64,000 nt of DNA, taken from positions 3,815-67,814 of the forward strand of contig JBNRMS010000072.1 of NCBI GenBank assembly GCA_050309735.1, in the 5' to 3' direction. The position numbers were made by a program, and so were the translations under genes. Each line of letters begins with the position of its first letter. The stretch's first letter is position 1. The stretch comes from Eubacteriales bacterium (GTDB lineage Bacteria > Bacillota > Clostridia > Oscillospirales > CAG-272). This document shows positions 56,729 to 64,000 of this stretch, one piece after another. The notes under the pieces were generated by a model. That model did not search any database. It was not told the origin of the DNA and saw only the letters and a list, made by a program, of their open reading frames with translations.

Positions 56729-57413
56729 TATTTAAAAACACTCCTTTTTTAAGACGTATAATACTATCCGACTTTGACGCTACATCGTGCGAATGGGTCA
56801 CAACGATGATACATTTATTGAAATCATGTGCAAGAGACTTGAAAATCTCGACTATTTCGGCTTCCTTCTCCTCGTCAAGGTTGCCGGTCGGCTCGTCTGC
56901 AAGTATCAGCTCAACGTCGGTAGCAACTGCGCGCGCGATGGCAACTCTCTGCTGCTCACCGCCCGAGAGCTTATTAACAGTGCGGTCTGCCTTTGCTCTG
57001 TCAAGCCCCACATATTGAAGCAGGTTATAGGCTGTGGCCTTCTCGTCTTTGGGAAGCTTGTTCTGGGTAATACTCATGGCAACGAGTATGTTCTCAACCG
57101 CCGTCATATACGGAATCAGGTTATAGCTCTGAAAAACCATGCCTATCTTATTTCGCCGATAGTTTTCAAAACCTATGCGGTTTATATTAACCCCCTCAAA
57201 GAGAACCTCCCCGGTTTTAGGGGTGTCGAGCGCCGCAATCATGGCAAGGAAGGTAGTCTTTCCGCTGCCCGACTCGCCAAGAATCGTGTAGAATTTTCCG
57301 CGCTCAAAGTCGTATGTTGCGTCGCGGAGGATATAGCGGCGGGTGTCGCCGTCCTGGTAGAAATAGCTCAGGTTCCGGACAGATAAAATATTAGTCATCT
57401 CGCCTCTCCTCAC
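56712..57413 (-). CDS. ABC transporter ATP-binding protein (MacB/LolD/FtsE type)
   Basis: GESGSGKTT, LSGGEQQRVAIARA, LILADEPTGNLD. Confidence 0.9.
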   Translation of the reverse strand: MRRGEMTNILSVRNLSYFYQDGDTRRYILRDATYDFERGKFYTILGESGSGKTTFLAMIAALDTPKTGEVLFEGVNINRIGFENYRRNKIGMVFQSYNLIPYMTAVENILVAMSITQNKLPKDEKATAYNLLQYVGLDRAKADRTVNKLSGGEQQRVAIARAVATDVELILADEPTGNLDEEKEAEIVEIFKSLAHDFNKCIIVVTHSHDVASKSDSIIRLKKGVFLNNVELS

Positions 57414-58933
57414 ATCAGAATCTTTTTGGGTTTAAGCTGAAGGGTGTATATAATCGGTATCAGTGTCGAAATAAGAACGCTGCCGATACTCACCACATAT
57501 ATGAAAACCACTGTCTTAGCATCAAGGCTGACGTGATACTGTTCCATAACATCGTCTGCCGATATGCCCGAATCTTCTTCATAATAGCCGCCAATCGAAA
57601 TCGACTTGTAAATGCCTATATAATCGTCATCTGCCTTATTCTTTTCTTCTTCGGCAAGCTGATTTTCAAGCATTGTCGTTGACATATTCTCAGCGAGCAT
57701 ATTGCCCGAGAATATCGAAAGCGAAACAGCCAAAATCGCCACCAGCAGAACCTCGGAAACAATCTGTGCGGCAACCACGCCCTTGCGCGCTCCCAGCGCC
57801 AGATAGATTCCCATCTCGTGCCGCCTGTCACGCAGGAAAAGTGTTACAAGCAGGCTGATTATAAGAACCGTAGCCACAACCGCCACCCACATCACTATGT
57901 CGGCAATCCAGAGAACATTTGCCATGGGTGTGCGGATGCTGTCAAATGAGGCGGCGTTGTTTGTGAAGATAAGCCCCTTTGTCAGGTACTGTTCGTTCTG
58001 CGATTCGAATATTTCTGCGTAGTCGGGGTGTTTCAAAATAAAGCTGGCCGTTGTGCTCGAATATATATAATTCTCCACTCCCTCAGCGGCAGACTCTGCT
58101 TTGATATCGTCTGTCATCGCATTTATCGCATTGTTATTTGTAAAGAAGGCGTTGAGGTATTGGCTGTCGTATTCGACAAGATTCCCCTGCCAGTCTACAT
58201 ACTTCATCGGCCTTGCCGTAAAGGTTCCGATAATTTTGAACTCATACTCAAGCACCTTGAGAACTGTTCGCTCAACCGGCATCGGCATTATATCTATACC
58301 ATCATAGTCTGATTTAGCGGCCTCCCTGTACACTATTATCCCGGAATCATCATACATAGTGTATAGCAGCTTGACTGTTGAACCTACGTTAAGCCCGTTG
58401 TATTTGGCAAACTCCTCAGAGACGAGCATAACCCGCTCGCCATTCTTTATCTCTTCTTCTGTGTAAACCCTGCCGTCGGTGAGCGTTATGTCGCCGTTTT
58501 CTATGTATTGCAGCGCAGTGCTCTGACCGCCTATTACCTGAAACCATGAGTTATATTCCTCCCCGCCTGTGTACACCGGCTCGGGGTTTTCAGAATAATA
58601 ATAACCCACGCCCTTCGCTTCAAACGAAGTATTAAGCGAATAGTCATACGACCGCACGTGCTCAGACATGCCGATAGTATCGACCATCTCTACTGTTATC
58701 TCGGGTTCTATATACTCTCCTGTCACCTCGTCATAAGCATCTCTGTAATCGATTTCAATCTTAACCTCGGTACTCATCTGCGAGAGCATAGCTTCCTCGG
58801 TATTTGCCAGTGCGCTCTTAACCGAAACCGAGCCGGCGATGACATTGCTAAGCACAAATATAAGCACAAGCAGAATTGCCGATTTTCCCGGCCTGCGGAA
58901 TATGCTGGTCAGTGCTCTTTTAAAGAAATTCAC
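57410..58933 (-). CDS. FtsX/MacB-type ABC permease with large extracytoplasmic domain
   Basis: N-terminal TM, about 300-aa external domain, C-terminal three-TM FtsX-like bundle. 4-nt overlap with the ATPase gene. Confidence 0.8.
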   Translation of the reverse strand: MNFFKRALTSIFRRPGKSAILLVLIFVLSNVIAGSVSVKSALANTEEAMLSQMSTEVKIEIDYRDAYDEVTGEYIEPEITVEMVDTIGMSEHVRSYDYSLNTSFEAKGVGYYYSENPEPVYTGGEEYNSWFQVIGGQSTALQYIENGDITLTDGRVYTEEEIKNGERVMLVSEEFAKYNGLNVGSTVKLLYTMYDDSGIIVYREAAKSDYDGIDIMPMPVERTVLKVLEYEFKIIGTFTARPMKYVDWQGNLVEYDSQYLNAFFTNNNAINAMTDDIKAESAAEGVENYIYSSTTASFILKHPDYAEIFESQNEQYLTKGLIFTNNAASFDSIRTPMANVLWIADIVMWVAVVATVLIISLLVTLFLRDRRHEMGIYLALGARKGVVAAQIVSEVLLVAILAVSLSIFSGNMLAENMSTTMLENQLAEEEKNKADDDYIGIYKSISIGGYYEEDSGISADDVMEQYHVSLDAKTVVFIYVVSIGSVLISTLIPIIYTLQLKPKKILM

Positions 58934-59107
58934 AAAAATCCCTCCCGTTATAAAACGATATTATTTTTTAAGCTACTATGATATGGACGAAGCTATCCCC
59001 AAAAAGTTCCTCTATCACTGCATTTTTTTGCAATATAGGGCAGGCGCCGCCCTTGTGGCCTATTCAGTGCCCCCTCGCCAAGCGCACCTTTTCGGGTGCC
59101 ACCATAT

Positions 59108-59135
59108 ATTATACACCGTTTACATAATATGTCAA
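59108..59135 (-). promoter_or_regulatory. Sigma-70-type promoter for the FtsX/ABC/PASTA operon
   Basis: Minus strand: TTGACA (59135-59130), 16 nt, TATAAT (59113-59108). About 170-nt leader. Confidence 0.5.
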
Positions 59136-59191
59136 CACCAATCGGTAAAAAACAGGAGAGACGCGCGCGAACACGCTATCTCTCCCAAGTA

Positions 59192-59533
59192 TCATCTGTA
59201 ATAAACATAATGGACAACAATAGTCCGCTCGGCGCCTTCTCGCTCAAGGTCAGGAGCGGTTATCACCGCGCCGTCGTTTGAGAGCAGTTCCCATGCCTGC
59301 ATTTGGTCGATTTTGCAGCGCATAACCACATTCCCCGAAGCAAAAACAACCAATTCATCGCCGCGAATCAACATTCCGCCGTCCTTGCCCACGACCTCCT
59401 CAATATCGTCGCCGCTCCGCTCGGTAACATACCTTATCCGGTGCCCCGCGATTCTCTCGGCCATATCGCGCCGATAGCGCGGACTTGCCGGGTTTTTACT
59501 TTTTGTCCAGTGCTTCCAGACTTTTTTAAACAT
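59192..59533 (-). CDS. Hypothetical 113-aa protein
   Basis: GGAGAA SD 7 nt upstream of the ATG. No motif confidently recognised. Confidence 0.6.
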   Translation of the reverse strand: MFKKVWKHWTKSKNPASPRYRRDMAERIAGHRIRYVTERSGDDIEEVVGKDGGMLIRGDELVVFASGNVVMRCKIDQMQAWELLSNDGAVITAPDLEREGAERTIVVHYVYYR

Positions 59534-59686
59534 TATGTATTCTCCTTTTCGGAATGATTCAATCTCATTCGGGCGGATATATATCCGCCCTTCCCGAACA
59601 TGAGCAGAAAGATTTTATATTCCTTACCCGAGCTAAAGGATCACAAAGCGCCGCAAATTCATAGCAAATGAGGAGCAGTGACATAT

Positions 59687-61615
59687 CTATTTCAAAATCA
59701 CCGCTCCCATCGAAGCGATTGTGATTTGGCTAAGATATTTCTTCCCGGTCAAAAGGTCTGTCATCGGGCCTGGCAGGCGGCGTCTTATCGGCGTCTGCCC
59801 GCTGTTAGCGGCGATTAGCACCCGCTCACCGTCACGCCTGCGCTCATAGAGGATATAGGAGCGGGCGAAATCAAGAATTTTAAAATCTCCACCGGCAAAG
59901 ACGCGCTCGCGCGAGCGTATTTCTCCGAGCAGGCGGTAATGGGCGAGCAATTCAGGGTCTTGCCTGCCCCAGGGATAGGGCATACGGCAGAAGGGGTCGC
60001 GGCCGCCTTCTGCTCCCGCCTCGTCGCCATAGTAAAGCGATGGGATACCATATGCTGTATATTGAATTACCGACGCCAACTTTAGCCGCTCGAGGGCCGC
60101 GGCACGTTGGCTCTTATCGAGCCTGAAGGCGGCAAGGGCGCGATTTGACATTGTATCGGTTCCTGCATCGGCAAGAACAGTGAGTATCCGCTCGGTGTCA
60201 TGCGTTCCGACAATGTTCATTAAAAGATCAGATGCCCGGCGCGGGTAGGACGAATAAATGTCTGTAAGAATATTATACAGCATATTGCCGTCTCTGTAAA
60301 GGACAAAATTAACAATAGCTTCTCTGAGCGGGTAGTTCATCACGCTGTCAAGTTGCCGGCCGCGCAGATATTTGCGCCTGTGTCCATATGCCACCTTATC
60401 GGCGGCATTCTCCCAAACCTCACCGATTATCACGGGTTCTTGAGCAGCGCCCTCTCCCGCCGCCCTCACGCTCTCGCGAAATTCTTCAAGAAAGGCGTCG
60501 GACAGCTCGTCTGCCACGTCGAGCCGCCACCCGGCTATCCCCCGCCTTATATACTCTGCGCCCACCCCTCCCGGGCCTGCGAAAAATTCGCGGCAGGCGG
60601 CGCACTGATGATTAAGCTTGGGTAGGATTTTAATATTCCACCAGCATTCATATGAATCGGGGAAGTCTGTGAAACTGTACCAATTAAAATAGGGCGACTT
60701 CTTTGATTGATAGGCTCCGAGGGCGGGATATGAACCGTATTTGTTGAAATACAGACTGTCGTCTCCGGTGTGGTTGAAAACGCCGTCAAGAATTACAGAA
60801 ATCCCCCGCTCTGCCGCCACTGCGATAAGTGTGTCAAGCGCCGCGTCGCCGCCGAATAGACTGTCAACCTTCAGATAGTCGCCGGTATCGTATTTATGGT
60901 TTGAATAGGACTCGAAAATCGGGCTGAGATATATCACTCCGACCGAAAGCGAGGCGAGATAGTCAATCTTCTCAACAACCCCCCACAAATTCCCCCCGAA
61001 AAAAACATTGTTCTCAAGGTGGTCGCCCGGCCGCTCAACATATTGCGGTATGCCGCCCTCCCAATTTTCATCAAGAAGGCTTCCCTCCCGAATCGACACC
61101 TCACCCGCCCCTCTCCTGAAGCGATCAACAAATATATGGTATATAATTTTATTTCCAAAAATACGCGACGGCTTAAAATCCTCCCGGAAAAGGAGCAGGC
61201 GAAAAGGGGCATCCCCCTCTTTTGCGAGGGTGAAGTCAACATTATTAGTTGCTCGTGTAAAGAGCCTGTTTTTTCCGCGGAAAAAGACAAGTTCGTAATA
61301 GAAAAGCCCCTCACCCTCTTCCCCGGCGAGCGCCCGCAGATTGAGCGATGCGGTGTAAAGATCGTCGCCGCGCAGCGAGCTTGTAAAGACAAACAGGATA
61401 TTGCTGGCCGCTCCGCCGTCGCGCCAAATGCGCAACTGCACCCGCGTGACTCCCTGCCGTCGCGCGAGAGCAACACGAAACTCAAGCACACCCGAGGCAG
61501 CAAACGCCCCCAGATGCGAGACGTCGCGCCGGCCGGCGCAGTTATCCTCATACAATATCTTTGCTATTGACGTCAAAGCCCCCGCCGCCACCTCACACGA
61601 TAACTTTATCAGCAT
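59687..61615 (-). CDS. GH13 alpha-amylase-family glycosidase (neopullulanase/cyclomaltodextrinase-like)
   Basis: GH13 regions I-IV: DGVFNHT, GWRLDVADE, IIGEVWE, VGTHDTER. Start moved to ATG 61615 (GAGGG SD), because the 61675 GTG lies inside glgP. Confidence 0.85.
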   Translation of the reverse strand: MLIKLSCEVAAGALTSIAKILYEDNCAGRRDVSHLGAFAASGVLEFRVALARRQGVTRVQLRIWRDGGAASNILFVFTSSLRGDDLYTASLNLRALAGEEGEGLFYYELVFFRGKNRLFTRATNNVDFTLAKEGDAPFRLLLFREDFKPSRIFGNKIIYHIFVDRFRRGAGEVSIREGSLLDENWEGGIPQYVERPGDHLENNVFFGGNLWGVVEKIDYLASLSVGVIYLSPIFESYSNHKYDTGDYLKVDSLFGGDAALDTLIAVAAERGISVILDGVFNHTGDDSLYFNKYGSYPALGAYQSKKSPYFNWYSFTDFPDSYECWWNIKILPKLNHQCAACREFFAGPGGVGAEYIRRGIAGWRLDVADELSDAFLEEFRESVRAAGEGAAQEPVIIGEVWENAADKVAYGHRRKYLRGRQLDSVMNYPLREAIVNFVLYRDGNMLYNILTDIYSSYPRRASDLLMNIVGTHDTERILTVLADAGTDTMSNRALAAFRLDKSQRAAALERLKLASVIQYTAYGIPSLYYGDEAGAEGGRDPFCRMPYPWGRQDPELLAHYRLLGEIRSRERVFAGGDFKILDFARSYILYERRRDGERVLIAANSGQTPIRRRLPGPMTDLLTGKKYLSQITIASMGAVILK

Positions 61616-64000
61616 GAGCGCCCTCACTCCTTCGGGAAACCACCTCAAGCCCCCAGATGTTATCGGCGTATTCACGTATGCTCCGGTCTGCCGAGAAATA
61701 TCCCGAGGAGGCGATGTTTATAAGCGACATACGATTCCACTTCTTTCTGTCCGAATAGGCCGCCATCATCTGCTCGTGAGCTAAGCGATAGGACTCAAAA
61801 TCGGCAAGACACATATAAGGATCCGAGATTCCGTGTCCCGAGATGAGATAGGATGTTATATCGGCAAACGACTCTCCGGCAAAGCCTTTTTTAAAGGAAT
61901 TCACGATTTTAGCAAGCCTCTCATTGGACGAATAATAATCTATCGCATTGTACCCGCGCAGCCACAGCTCGTCGACCTCGCGGCTGGACAGGCCAAAAAT
62001 ATACATATTTTCACTCCCCGCCGCCTTTTCCATCTCAACATTTGCACCGTCAAGCGTTCCTATTGTGATAGCTCCGTTCATCATCAGCTTCATGCAGCCC
62101 GTTCCGCTCGCCTCCTTGCCGGCAAGCGAAATCTGCTCGCTGACCTCGGCAGCCGGAATCATAATCTCTGATTGACTGACATTGTAATTCTCAAGAAAAA
62201 CCACCCGCAACCTCTCCCTGACAGCCGGATCTGCCTCGATGGCTTTGCCGATAAAATATATCAGCTTGATTATCTGGCGCGCCATATGATATCCCGGCGC
62301 CGCCTTGCCCCCGAAAATGAATGTTTTCGGAGGCACGTCAAGACCGGGGTTTTCCTTAAGGTCAATATAAAGCCCAACAATATTAAGCGCATTGAGAAGC
62401 TGGCGCTTATACTCGTGCAGGCGCTTTATCTGCATGTCATAAACCGAGCTCGTATCAATCGCCACTCGGGTTTTATCAAAATAATATTTTGCAAATCTCT
62501 CCTTGTTTTTCTGTTTTATCTCAGAGAGCCGCTCAAGCACACCGGCGTCGTCTGAAAATTTGAGAAATTCGGAAAGCTGCGAGGCATCCTCGCGGTAGCC
62601 GTCTCCTATGCACTCGTCAAGGAGAGTGGAAAGGTCGGGATTTGCCATGCAGAGCCAGCGGCGATGGGCGATACCGTTAGTTACATTGGTAAATTTATCG
62701 GGATATATCTGATAAAAATCTCGGAAGGTAGACTCCCGGAGTATCTCGGAGTGAAGCTTTGAAACACCGTTTACCCGCCGGGAAGCAACAACCGATAGAT
62801 TCGCCATCCTCACCTGCCCGTGGCCGATAATGCTCATGTCTGAAATTCGCTTCCAACTGCCGGGCGATATGCTCCATACCTCGCGGCAGAACCTCTCGTT
62901 AATTTCTTTGATTATCGAATGAATTCGGGGAAGTTTCAGGTGAAAGAGAGGCTCATTCCAGCATTCAAGCGCCTCGGGCATAACGGTGTGATTTGTGTAG
63001 GTGACAATTCGAGTTACAAAATCCCATGCCCTCTCCCAATCAAAATAATATTCATCAATCAGAACACGCATAAGCTCGGGGATTACAAGAGCGGGGTGAG
63101 TGTCGTTTATGTGGATTGCCACATATCGGGGGAGGTTGTCGAGTGATTTGTGAATTGCCATATGATCGCGGATTATGCTCTGCACAGATGCCGACGAGAG
63201 AAAATATTGCTGTGAGAGGCGCAATAATTTTCCCTCGGTGTGATTGTCGGAGGGGTAGAGAACCTTTGAGATTATCTCGGCGTTGTTGCTCTCCTCAAGG
63301 GCACGGGTGTACTGTCCTTGTGTGAAAAGCCCCATGTTGAAATTGTGTGTGTCGCGCGCCCGCCAGAGCCGCAGGGGCGAGACGGCCTCGCTCGACGCAC
63401 CTGAAATCATCATGTCGTATGCCACCGCCTCAATCTCGTCGCAATCCTCATAGGTCACGACAAGCCGGCCTTCACTCATAGTCTCTATAACACGCCCGCC
63501 AAGCCGGACGCGAAAAACCCGGTCGGTGCGCGGAATGAGCCAAACCTCACCTCCCGGCAACCATATGTCGGGAAGTTCAATCTGCATACCGTCTATAATC
63601 TTCTGCCTGAAAAGACCGTAATCATAGCAGAGCGAAAAACCGGTCGCAGGATAGTCGAGCGAGGAGAGTGTGTCCATGAAACAAGCGGCAAGCCGACCAA
63701 GACCCCCGCTGCCAAGCCCGGCATCGGGCTCGCATTCATAGATTTGGTCGATATCAAAACCAAGCTCGGCCACCGCAGCTCGATATTGCTCGGCAAGACC
63801 CAAATTATGAAGATTAATCTTCAGCGAGCGGCCGAGCAGAAACTCCATGCACATATAATAAACCCGCCGTCCTCCCTGCTCCCTTGCGGTTTTTTTATAT
63901 TCACCGCGCTTCATGCTCAAAATATCCTTGACTGTGAGCGCGGCGGCTTTAAAAACCTGTTCGCTCGCGGCATCGGCCGGAGTTGTTCCGAAGTGGCGCA
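61593..64000 (-). CDS. glgP: Glycogen/alpha-glucan phosphorylase (5' end beyond the window)
   Basis: PLP-Lys block EASGTGCMKLMMNGAITIGTLDGANVE and YYMCMEFLLGRSL. The frame stays open upstream of the TTG at 63920 to the window edge (…EQVFKAAALTVKDIL), so the N-terminus is outside the window. Confidence 0.92.
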   Translation of the reverse strand, partial: RHFGTTPADAASEQVFKAAALTVKDILSMKRGEYKKTAREQGGRRVYYMCMEFLLGRSLKINLHNLGLAEQYRAAVAELGFDIDQIYECEPDAGLGSGGLGRLAACFMDTLSSLDYPATGFSLCYDYGLFRQKIIDGMQIELPDIWLPGGEVWLIPRTDRVFRVRLGGRVIETMSEGRLVVTYEDCDEIEAVAYDMMISGASSEAVSPLRLWRARDTHNFNMGLFTQGQYTRALEESNNAEIISKVLYPSDNHTEGKLLRLSQQYFLSSASVQSIIRDHMAIHKSLDNLPRYVAIHINDTHPALVIPELMRVLIDEYYFDWERAWDFVTRIVTYTNHTVMPEALECWNEPLFHLKLPRIHSIIKEINERFCREVWSISPGSWKRISDMSIIGHGQVRMANLSVVASRRVNGVSKLHSEILRESTFRDFYQIYPDKFTNVTNGIAHRRWLCMANPDLSTLLDECIGDGYREDASQLSEFLKFSDDAGVLERLSEIKQKNKERFAKYYFDKTRVAIDTSSVYDMQIKRLHEYKRQLLNALNIVGLYIDLKENPGLDVPPKTFIFGGKAAPGYHMARQIIKLIYFIGKAIEADPAVRERLRVVFLENYNVSQSEIMIPAAEVSEQISLAGKEASGTGCMKLMMNGAITIGTLDGANVEMEKAAGSENMYIFGLSSREVDELWLRGYNAIDYYSSNERLAKIVNSFKKGFAGESFADITSYLISGHGISDPYMCLADFESYRLAHEQMMAAYSDRKKWNRMSLINIASSGYFSADRSIREYADNIWGLEVVSRRSEGAHADKVIV

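Overview
This 64-kb window looks like chromosome from a moderately high-GC Firmicute of the Clostridia type. The taxon call rests on gene content only: spoVG, mfd-pth-prsA-like synteny, IreB, ThiT behind a THI-box, and many extended -10 TGnTATAAT promoters. No database search was run, so all product calls rest on motifs I could read in the translations.

Most of the window is housekeeping or cell-envelope coding sequence:
- Core metabolism and information processing: dat, class II aldolase, galE, dusB, mfd, pth, ppdK, ribF, thiI, murC, spoVG, glgP and a GH13 enzyme.
- Three ABC systems.
- An ECF sigma / anti-sigma unit.
- Several lipoproteins and wall hydrolases.

RNA features are one tRNA-Ser(CGA) and one TPP riboswitch. 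I found no rRNA, no CRISPR array and no defence system I recognise.

There are two accessory patches:
- A low-GC islet at about 24.3-27.3 kb. It carries a gluzincin-type metalloprotease whose signal-peptide region is broken twice, plus a lipoprotein.
- A decayed integrase module (sigma-like ORF, xis, int) abutting the 3' end of tRNA-Ser. Two extra copies of the tRNA 5' half lie on the other side of the tRNA.

The most unusual signal is a roughly 79-nt conserved element that comes with its own promoter.
- It occurs as a tandem pair in the leader of an ABC-exporter/MBL-hydrolase operon (38.59-38.79 kb, minus strand) and once more upstream of a DAG-kinase-family lipid kinase (49.37-49.48 kb, plus strand).
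- It is co-oriented with the downstream gene at both loci.
- One 9-bp hairpin differs between the loci by two compensatory base-pair changes.
- I could not assign it to any RNA family I know. It is a candidate cis-regulatory RNA or sRNA, not a demonstrated one.
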